DNA from: Bdellovibrionia bacterium
GTDB taxonomy: Bacteria; Bdellovibrionota; UBA1018
Reading direction: 5' to 3'
Assembly (NCBI GenBank): GCA_045805065.1
Contig: JBJMMA010000164.1
Span: forward strand, 1 to 13,205
Length of the DNA: 13,205 bases
The translations under genes and the position numbers were made by a program. Below the pieces are notes generated by a model. The model had not been told where the DNA came from. It made no database searches and saw only the letters and a program-made list of their open reading frames with translations. This document shows positions 1 through 6,519 of the stretch, one piece after another. The stretch's first letter is position 1. The number at the start of each line of letters is the position of its first letter.

Positions 1-720
1 GTGGGACCCCTGGTTGTCAATTCCGAGGCTGAAAAGTTCTCAGTCTATCGCTCTCCTGCCGATGACCGCGGCAAATCCGAGGGCGCGTTTGAGATCAAGA
101 CTTCATCCAGCGCTCAAGCCAACGTTACGCATCAGCTCAAAGGTGGAAAGCTTGGCGCATTGCTTGAAGTGCGCGACCAACTTTTGTCCGGTGTTCTCGA
201 CCGCTTGGATGAGATGGCTTTCAATCTCACTACTGCCGTGAACGACGTGCATACTCAGGGCTTCACGCGCCACGGCGCTCAAGGCATCGCGTTCTTTGAG
301 CCCATGGCCGGAAAAGAGCGCGCCTCTGAGTTCATCAATCTCTCTGAGGCCGTTCAGGCGAACGCCGCAAACATTGCGACCGCTGCGATTCCTGACGCTC
401 CAGGCGATAACCGCATCGCATTGGCTCTTGCCGGCCTTCAGTCACAAAAGCTGATGGGCGACGGCAAAGTCACCGTGGACGATTGGTACAACTCGATGGT
501 CAGCGACATCGGCGTTGCCTCAAGCCGCAATAAGATGGGCATCAATCAGCAGAAAGACATCATGCTTCAGCTCAACAAGATGCGCGACCAGATTTCGGGC
601 GTCTCAATTGATGAGGAAACCGCGAATCTGATGCAGTTTCAGCATACCTATGATGCATCGGCCAAGGTGATCTCTGTTGCCGATGAAATGCTCAAAACAG
701 TCCTGGAACTCAAACGGTGA
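1..720 (+). CDS. flgK: Flagellar hook-associated protein 1 (hook-filament junction), 3' part only; 5' end lies outside the window
   Basis: Contains GGKLGALLEVRD, AVNDVHTQG, PGDNRIALALA and the C-terminal ISGVSIDEETANLMQFQHTYDASAKVISVADEMLKTVL typical of FlgK. Directly upstream of flgL. The ORF is open at the window edge, so the GTG at position 1 is not a real start. Confidence 0.96.
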   Translation: MGPLVVNSEAEKFSVYRSPADDRGKSEGAFEIKTSSSAQANVTHQLKGGKLGALLEVRDQLLSGVLDRLDEMAFNLTTAVNDVHTQGFTRHGAQGIAFFEPMAGKERASEFINLSEAVQANAANIATAAIPDAPGDNRIALALAGLQSQKLMGDGKVTVDDWYNSMVSDIGVASSRNKMGINQQKDIMLQLNKMRDQISGVSIDEETANLMQFQHTYDASAKVISVADEMLKTVLELKR

Positions 721-730
721 GTAGAATTCG

Positions 731-1777
731 ATGCGCGTAACTGAGAACACTAATTTTGGAGCTGTCCGTGAGAGCATCCGCCGCAGTAAAGAGCGGATGG
801 AAAATCTCCAATTCCAAAACGCAACGTTGAAGAAGCTCAATACGCCCTCCGACGACCCGGTCGGAGCCGCAAAGGTTCTCGAAGTTCGCACCGACAAAGT
901 GAACAACGATCAATTCGTTTCAAACGGCAAACTTGCCGAGGCATTTCTCAATAATACCGACCATGCCCTCAGCCAGCTGGTAGACGTCGTTAATCGCGCC
1001 AAGGAAATTGCGATCGGTCAGTCGAGCGCCGCAAGCTCCACCAATGAAAGCCGCCTGGGCGTTGCTGAAGAAGTCACTCAGCTCTTCAATCAATCGGTCG
1101 CCATCGCGAACACTCGCATCGGCGATCGTTATCTTTTTGGCGGCTATAAAACGCAAACCCCTCCGGTCGACCCTAATGGCCGATACGTTGGAGATGAAGG
1201 CCAGATGATGGTTGAAATCTCAAAAGGGGTGTACCTCGCCATGAACGTTCCTGGCGTTGAAGCCTTCAACACGCAAAACTTAAAAAACCAGCAGCAGATG
1301 CCGGGCGAGGCGGATCCCAATTCTCCGGAGCCAGCCCAAAGCGGTGGAGCGAATCGAAAGCTCGCCTCCTTTGGACTCAACGGAAACGCTCGCACGCAGG
1401 CGTCTGACCCAGATACGCTGCCCGACCAGTCTGGTCCAGAAAATGTAAATGTCTTCGATGAGATTCAAAATCTGCGAATCGGTTTGTTAACCGGCGATCT
1501 CGATACGATTCGGAACACTCTGGACCGTTTTGATCAGATTCACGGGCAGCTTGTGGCCACTCGCGCAAAGATTGGCTCAAGACTCCAAGGGCTTGAGAGC
1601 ACTGGGCAGGCCATGGAACGGCACAACGTAACAAATGCACAACTGACTTCTGCATTGGAAGATGCCGACATGGCCAAGGTCGTGAGCGATCTTGCCAAAG
1701 AGGAAACTGTTTTTAGAAGTGCGCTGGCGAGCTCCCAAAAGCTCATTCAGCCCACTTTAATGGAGTTTTTAAAGTAG
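731..1777 (+). CDS. flgL: Flagellar hook-associated protein 3
   Basis: Flagellin-family N-terminus (MRVT..., KKLNTPSDDPVGAA, ANTRIGDRYLFGGYKTQTPP) and C-terminus (RAKIGSRLQGLE, LEDADMAKVVSDL, LIQPTLMEFLK). Follows flgK by 10 bp. Confidence 0.95.
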   Translation: MRVTENTNFGAVRESIRRSKERMENLQFQNATLKKLNTPSDDPVGAAKVLEVRTDKVNNDQFVSNGKLAEAFLNNTDHALSQLVDVVNRAKEIAIGQSSAASSTNESRLGVAEEVTQLFNQSVAIANTRIGDRYLFGGYKTQTPPVDPNGRYVGDEGQMMVEISKGVYLAMNVPGVEAFNTQNLKNQQQMPGEADPNSPEPAQSGGANRKLASFGLNGNARTQASDPDTLPDQSGPENVNVFDEIQNLRIGLLTGDLDTIRNTLDRFDQIHGQLVATRAKIGSRLQGLESTGQAMERHNVTNAQLTSALEDADMAKVVSDLAKEETVFRSALASSQKLIQPTLMEFLK

Positions 1778-1922
1778 TCTGGGAATTTTTAGAAGGAATA
1801 TAAGGTTGCAGGCGGCAGGGCGTTAGAGTAAACGTCTCCCCGTAATGGAATATGGCCGAGCCTGTGACAGGCTAGAGATTGTTGCTCATGTGGGGAGCCG
1901 ATCTCAAGGAGATTAAAAAAGT

Positions 1923-2147
1923 ATGTTAGTATTAACCCGTAAGCTGGGTGAAAGCATTGCCATTGATGACCACATCAAGATTGTAGTAGTTCAAATCAAG
2001 GGCAAGCAGGTTCGTCTAGGTATCCAGGCGCCGAAAGAAACTAAAATCCATCGTGAGGAAGTTTACACGGCGATCCAGGAACAGAATAAAGAAGCGGCGA
2101 AGAGCACTGCAGCAATCGCCCAAGTTTCCAAAGTGCTGAAGGGTTAA
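1923..2147 (+). CDS. csrA: Carbon storage regulator / translational repressor CsrA, FliW-regulated type
   Basis: MLVLTRKLGESIAI...VRLGIQAPKETKIHREEVY signature. Has Asn55 and a C-terminal helical extension, as in FliW-binding CsrA proteins. SD AAGGAG at 1906-1911. Confidence 0.98.
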   Translation: MLVLTRKLGESIAIDDHIKIVVVQIKGKQVRLGIQAPKETKIHREEVYTAIQEQNKEAAKSTAAIAQVSKVLKG

Positions 2148-2165
2148 GGTCCGGAGGACCCAACC
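2142..2165 (+). promoter_or_regulatory. Hairpin with a GGA loop at the csrA stop codon (candidate CsrA-binding site)
   Basis: GGTT-AA-GGTCC-[GGA]-GGACC-C-AACC. GGTCC (2148-2152) pairs with GGACC (2156-2160) around GGA. No U-tract follows, so it is not an intrinsic terminator. Confidence 0.45.
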
Positions 2166-2191
2166 TAAAAAGAGCATCACTTGCCCGATAA
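2166..2191 (+). promoter_or_regulatory. Putative sigma28 (FliA/SigD) promoter upstream of fliW
   Basis: TAAA (2166-2169), 14 nt spacer, then CCCGATAA (2184-2191), against the consensus TAAA-N15-GCCGATAA. Flagellar context, about 40 nt upstream of fliW. Confidence 0.6.
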
Positions 2192-2232
2192 GCTTTACGT
2201 GAGTCGGGTACTTATATTAGAAGGATATGAGC

Positions 2233-2781
2233 GTGATCATAGAAACAGGACGTTTTGGACAGCTCACCGTCGGCAACGACGAAATCGTTTCGATACCTCA
2301 AGGGATCCTTGGATTCGCGGAGTACACGAAGTTTTGCCTGGTTGACCCAGCAGACGACACTCTGATCCTTTGGCTCCAGTCGATCGAAAATCCTCAAATC
2401 GCTTTTGCTCTGCTTGAGCCTAAAATCTTCAAGCCAGAATACACGGCGCGTTTATCCGCAGCCGAGCTACGCGAACTCAAACTTGAGAACGTCAATCAAT
2501 CTGCTGTATTCAGCATCCTGACCATTCCAGAAGATGCAACGCAGATGACGGCGAACTTGAAGGCACCTTTGGTGATTAATCTTAAAGAGAACATCGCCAA
2601 ACAAGTCGTTCTTCAAGAGAACGAGTACAGCATCAAGCATCTGATGTTCAAAGAGCTGCGCGCACATCTCATCACGATCGGAACTCAAAAGCGTGCTCGT
2701 GAAGAGGCGGACCAACGCGCAATCCCGGTTTCGATTCGCGACATCCCACCTTCGCTCACGGTTAAAAGCCTTCAGGCTTAA
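2233..2781 (+). CDS. fliW: Flagellar assembly factor FliW (CsrA antagonist)
   Basis: IETGRFG, PQGILGF, LWLQS, FSILTIP, MTANLKAPLVIN and AKQVVL motifs. Adjacent to csrA. GTG at 2233 is preferred over ATG at 2227 because AAGGA (2221-2225) lies 7 nt before the GTG but only 1 nt before the ATG. Confidence 0.95.
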   Translation: MIIETGRFGQLTVGNDEIVSIPQGILGFAEYTKFCLVDPADDTLILWLQSIENPQIAFALLEPKIFKPEYTARLSAAELRELKLENVNQSAVFSILTIPEDATQMTANLKAPLVINLKENIAKQVVLQENEYSIKHLMFKELRAHLITIGTQKRAREEADQRAIPVSIRDIPPSLTVKSLQA

Positions 2782-2810
2782 TTTTCGTTCAGCGAAAGCA
2801 GGGAGTTTTC

Positions 2811-3923
2811 GTGATGATTCTCAGGATGAGTTTCTTCGTGTCGTGTTTTCTTCTCTGTGCGAGCGCGTACTCGCAGACAGAGGCACAACCTGCTTACCAA
2901 TGCTCCTCGGGCACTTCGCTTAAAGATGGCTTCCTGATCTATAAGACGGGAACTTTGCAGGCGGCCGCAAAGCATAAGGACGGCACCATCTCTGAGATCT
3001 CAGGTATCTTTGGAAACTTTGGGCCTAATGAAGGCTTCTTTGAAATCATGGCCATACGCCCTCTGACTTACGCTGAGCTGAACAATATGACGGTTCAGAT
3101 GAACCAGTATATGGCCAATCAGAATCAGCCGTTCCAGGGTGGTCTGATGAACTCGGGCGGTATGGGCGCAATGACTTTTGGTGTGGGATTTCCCGGGACC
3201 GACCCGAATGGCCAGGCTAATGGAATGGCCGGAGGCCAAGGCATATTCGGGGGCGGAGGCATGTCCGGTGGCAATGGTGCCCCTCAACCCGCTTCACCAC
3301 AACAATATGTGATGAGTGAAGAAGCGCCCGATCGCGAAGACATTGAATCCTCGCCCACCCGACAACTTGAACCCAAAGCAGGTGACGTGGCTGCAGCTCA
3401 AGCAAGACCAGGTCATAGGACTGCCCTAAGCCTAAGAGCCGGTGACATTGCTGCAACTCAACGAAAGTCGGGAGACAGGGTCCTACCACGCCGGGGAGAT
3501 CAGGCCCCATCGATGTCAGAAGGGGCCCGTAAGTTTCGGGAGCCGGTACAAGCAAAGACAGGCGATCTTGTCATGAAGCGTGGAGCGATCGCATTTTCTG
3601 CGCAGCTCGACTCACAGGGAAATATTCGTCAGATCTCATATCGTGATGGAAAAAGACCCACGGCGCTTTGGCGAGCCGGTGCAAGAAATCCTGCTGGTAG
3701 CGAGTCGGTTTACGCGCGTCTCAACGGCGAGCTCAGCAACATCAAATCACGCGCTTATTGCTGCACGCAAAACCCAGGCGCGAGCTGTGGCGATGTTCTC
3801 GATCGTGTTGGAGCTCAATCGTCACTTCGAACTGAAAAGCCATCCATCGGTCAGAGAATGCGGTCTGCCTGGTCAGACATGATCAATGCATTCAAATCTT
3901 CTTCAAGCTCCGAAGCCAAGTAA
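2811..3923 (+). CDS. Hypothetical secreted protein with a Gly/Met-rich segment and periodic xxGD repeats
   Basis: 370 aa ORF filling the gap after fliW. Sec signal peptide (RMSFFVSCFLLCASAYS|Q). GGGAG at 2801-2805 precedes GTG 2811 / ATG 2814. No family recognised. Confidence 0.8.
   Translation: MMILRMSFFVSCFLLCASAYSQTEAQPAYQCSSGTSLKDGFLIYKTGTLQAAAKHKDGTISEISGIFGNFGPNEGFFEIMAIRPLTYAELNNMTVQMNQYMANQNQPFQGGLMNSGGMGAMTFGVGFPGTDPNGQANGMAGGQGIFGGGGMSGGNGAPQPASPQQYVMSEEAPDREDIESSPTRQLEPKAGDVAAAQARPGHRTALSLRAGDIAATQRKSGDRVLPRRGDQAPSMSEGARKFREPVQAKTGDLVMKRGAIAFSAQLDSQGNIRQISYRDGKRPTALWRAGARNPAGSESVYARLNGELSNIKSRAYCCTQNPGASCGDVLDRVGAQSSLRTEKPSIGQRMRSAWSDMINAFKSSSSSEAK
3381..3500 (+). repeat. Degenerate intragenic tandem repeat (60 bp period, 30 bp sub-period)
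   Basis: ggtgacgtggctgcagctcaa (3381-3401) vs ggtgacattgctgcaactcaa (3441-3461), 18/21 identical. Gly-Asp/His codon pairs at 3381, 3411, 3441, 3471 and 3495. Confidence 0.75.
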
Positions 3924-3941
3924 GTTCAGCTGTCTCATCGT

Positions 3942-4949
3942 TTAAATCAATCGCATCATCGCCGAAACGCTGATCGTCGTCGTGCGAATCGGTTGATCGA
4001 GATACCAATCCATCCTTGGCGTAAATGAGAGCACGTCGTTGAATTGGTATCTGAGGCTTGGCATCAAACCAAAGACTTGAGTGCCACGCTCTTTGAAGAA
4101 ACCCTCTCCATCTTCGACCGGAATATCAGGACCAAACTGAGAGCCCGCGTGGAACATCAGCCCTGACTCAAGTGAGCGAGAGATTCGATATCCGCCTTGG
4201 ATCCCCGTGGAGAGGCGAGTGCTGATCAACGGACCCGCTTCATTTCGTCCATATAAGCCTGTCTTCACAGAGCAATGACCCGAGATCGAATAAGGCGTCC
4301 CATGAAAATGCAATCGAGGCGACGTGGATACCGAGAGCCCGCCCCAAGATGAGCGACGGCGAGAGTTATCACTCACAGGGAAAGACGCCGATATCATCAT
4401 ATTGGAGTGAAGGTTGTTTTCGCCAACCTTTGCCTGATACAAATCTAAAATCGTAAAGCGAAGTTGAGGATCTTCAATCGTGAGCTGGCCCTTACGACGC
4501 CCTGAGAATGGCTCAGAAACGTCCAGCGCAGGACCTAGAAGATATCCTGGCGTGAACTCATAATTGGCAGCCAGCGTGTGTCTGAGGCGATAACCGGGCT
4601 GATGCCCCCCGTGTCCCGCAGAATGGCTAGAAGTGCCTGACGCTTCTGGATCGCATGTTGCGGTAGCATTTCGAGCATGTCGATTCACGCCAGCTGATCC
4701 GCCTTCATCAGGAACCATGTCCATCTTGTTGAGATGAGAGTCGAGATTATTCAATCCCGGAGTCTGAAAGCTCGAACTGAACATCAGAGAGAAGGGGCGA
4801 ACCGAATGCATTTTTCGCGCAGACTCAATCGCATCCGAGTCTTGAACCATTCCCGAGACATCTGCCGCGTGCGCAAATTCCGCGCTCACCAGGAGTGCCC
4901 CAAAAGCCAAGACTGCAGCCGCTGAACGATAATTCTGAAAAATCCCCAC
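3942..4949 (-). CDS. Predicted outer-membrane beta-barrel protein with a His/Met-rich N-proximal loop
   Basis: Signal peptide ending AEFAHA|A. Many alternating amphipathic strands (LRHTLAANYEF, GIQGGYRISRSLESGLMF, LMPSLRYQFNDVLSFTPRMDWY, TTISVSAMMRLI). The fold is inferred by eye. Confidence 0.7.
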   Translation of the reverse strand: MGIFQNYRSAAAVLAFGALLVSAEFAHAADVSGMVQDSDAIESARKMHSVRPFSLMFSSSFQTPGLNNLDSHLNKMDMVPDEGGSAGVNRHARNATATCDPEASGTSSHSAGHGGHQPGYRLRHTLAANYEFTPGYLLGPALDVSEPFSGRRKGQLTIEDPQLRFTILDLYQAKVGENNLHSNMMISASFPVSDNSRRRSSWGGLSVSTSPRLHFHGTPYSISGHCSVKTGLYGRNEAGPLISTRLSTGIQGGYRISRSLESGLMFHAGSQFGPDIPVEDGEGFFKERGTQVFGLMPSLRYQFNDVLSFTPRMDWYLDQPIRTTTISVSAMMRLI

Positions 4950-5026
4950 GCGCCACTGATTCCACGGCAGAGATAGTTTGTAAAGCTAACTATTCTGGAA
5001 AGAAGTGGCAGATTGAGTAAAGCGGT

Positions 5027-5752
5027 TTAGACGCGTGGGCTCAGGCGCGCTTGTTTTGCCATTTCAAGATAAGCTAAAGCTTCGCGATTATTAGGATCCA
5101 TGTCGCGAACTGCTTCCCACTCAAGCTCGGCATCGAGCACATTGCCTTGGCTGTAATGGAGGAGTCCAAGTTGGATGCGGGACGGCAAAAACTCAGGCGC
5201 TTCAGCCTTGAGTTGCTGGAGCTCTTGTACGGCGCGGCTCAGGAAGCCCTTTTTAGCGTAGGCTTTTGCGCGACGGATCCGGATCTCATAGGTCGTTGGA
5301 TCCAAGATCGCAGCCTTGCTGTACTCTTCGATCGCCGCATCATAGCGTCGGTAACGGAAGTAAAGATCTGCAAGCTCCATGTGTTTGACGGCAAACTTGC
5401 GATCAATGCCACGATCATTGCCCGCATGCTTATGCGTGACGGACTGATTGGCGAGTTCAAAAACCTTCTTGGCTTCGTCGTATTTACCGACGTCGTTGTA
5501 AAGAACCGAGAGACAAATCGCTGCATCCGTATGATGAGGATCCAAAGAGAGCGACTTGCGAAGATTCTCAACGGCTTTTCCCACTTGTCCCTGGAAGTAA
5601 TACATCACTCCCAGCAAGTACCAGGCGTCAGCTGCTTCGGCGTCTTTCTTGAGCTTGTCGCGAATCAGCGGCTCTGCGCGCGAAAATTCGCGACGTGAGA
5701 GCAGGTCCTGAATCGTGCGGTCGCCGGAGCGAAGATCTGACTTCTCAACCAT
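5027..5752 (-). CDS. Soluble tetratricopeptide-repeat protein
   Basis: Repeated TPR patterns (AWYLLGVMYYFQGQVGKAVENLRKSLSLDP; LADLYFRYRRYDAAIEEYSKAAILDP; LGLLHYSQGNVLDA...MDPNN). No signal peptide. Likely start is ATG 5752, with GGGAAG 8 nt upstream, overlapping the bamD stop. Confidence 0.9.
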   Translation of the reverse strand: MVEKSDLRSGDRTIQDLLSRREFSRAEPLIRDKLKKDAEAADAWYLLGVMYYFQGQVGKAVENLRKSLSLDPHHTDAAICLSVLYNDVGKYDEAKKVFELANQSVTHKHAGNDRGIDRKFAVKHMELADLYFRYRRYDAAIEEYSKAAILDPTTYEIRIRRAKAYAKKGFLSRAVQELQQLKAEAPEFLPSRIQLGLLHYSQGNVLDAELEWEAVRDMDPNNREALAYLEMAKQARLSPRV

Positions 5753-6494
5753 TCTGGTCACTTCCCTTTTTCTCAGCGTGCGGGTGCTTTGCCTCGTAAT
5801 CCGAAATCTTCTCGAGCTTTTCTTTGGCTTCTGTTGCCGCAGACGACTCTGGATAGTTGGAAATCACGCGCTGAAAGCGAGGCTTTGCCGAGTCATAGAA
5901 ATCGCGCTTGAAATAGAAGTTACCGATATAAAGCTCTTTGCTGGCCAGTAGCCCGCGCGCAGCTTCCAAATCATTGCGAGCTTCCTGAGCGTCTGTCGCG
6001 TTTGGATAGCGGCGAAGATAGTCTTGATATGCATCCACGGACTTTTGTGCAGGTGTCAGGTCACGAGCCACGTTTGTTGGGCTGTCCTTGAAGTAGGACT
6101 TCCCGATGCGAAACATCGCGTAAGGAGCTTTTTCATGTTTTGGATGAAGATCACGAAAGGTTTCGTATGCAGCCGCCGCTTCAGCAAAATCTTCCTGAAG
6201 AAAGTAAACATCTGCCAAGCGAAGCTGAGCGTCGACCGCGTACTTGGAATAAGGAAATTTGTTACGAATCGAACGAAGCTTATCGATTGCGATCTGATAG
6301 TGATCGTTCTTGATATCGTCTTCGGCGTCTTTGTAGAGAGCGGCAGGATCCGCTTCGCTGACTTGAGCAGTCGTGCAGCTTGTCAGCAATGAGCTGACCG
6401 ATGCACCCGTCAGGGTCAAGAGGACAGCGAAAACAAGCGGGCTCATTCCAGTTCTCGTCAATTTAATCAGGTTAATCAAGTTAATCAGGCGCAT
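5745..6494 (-). CDS. bamD: Outer membrane protein assembly factor BamD (ComL/YfiO) lipoprotein
   Basis: Lipobox LLTS-C. Motifs FPYSKYAVDAQLRLADVYF, FRDLHPKHEKAPYAMFRIG, RDLTPAQ, YLRRYPN, LASKELYIGNFY and PRFQRVISNYP. The start is uncertain (ATG 6494 or 6446); the ORF-track start at 6566 overlaps the upstream gene. Confidence 0.93.
   Translation of the reverse strand: MRLINLINLIKLTRTGMSPLVFAVLLTLTGASVSSLLTSCTTAQVSEADPAALYKDAEDDIKNDHYQIAIDKLRSIRNKFPYSKYAVDAQLRLADVYFLQEDFAEAAAAYETFRDLHPKHEKAPYAMFRIGKSYFKDSPTNVARDLTPAQKSVDAYQDYLRRYPNATDAQEARNDLEAARGLLASKELYIGNFYFKRDFYDSAKPRFQRVISNYPESSAATEAKEKLEKISDYEAKHPHAEKKGSDQNG
6463..6489. repeat. 3 x 9 bp tandem repeat TTAATCA(G/A)G
   Basis: ttaatcagg (6463-6471), ttaatcaag (6472-6480), ttaatcagg (6481-6489). 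Reads LIN-LIN-LI(K) in the bamD frame. Confidence 0.9.
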
Positions 6495-6519
6495 ACTGAT
6501 AGTGGTCTTCCCATAGAAT

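Noticed and set aside
1829..1904. sigma28 promoter for csrA (TAAA at 1829 with GCCGAG at 1855, or GCCGATCT at 1897)
   Set aside because: The first pair is 22 nt apart, and the second -10 has no TAAA at the proper distance.
1923..2781. csrA-before-fliW order as a novelty
   Set aside because: Linkage of flgK, flgL, csrA and fliW is well known, and the order alone is not informative.
3492..3500. RGD integrin-binding motif in the secreted protein
   Set aside because: It is one variant of the local xxGD repeat, and a single tripeptide is expected by chance.
3381..3500. CRISPR-like interpretation of the spaced repeats
   Set aside because: Only two degenerate in-frame copies inside a CDS, and no cas genes in the window.
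5147..5698. 183 aa plus-strand ORF opposite the TPR gene, and other short overlapping ORFs in the track
   Set aside because: Fully contained in better-supported genes, with no recognisable protein signatures.
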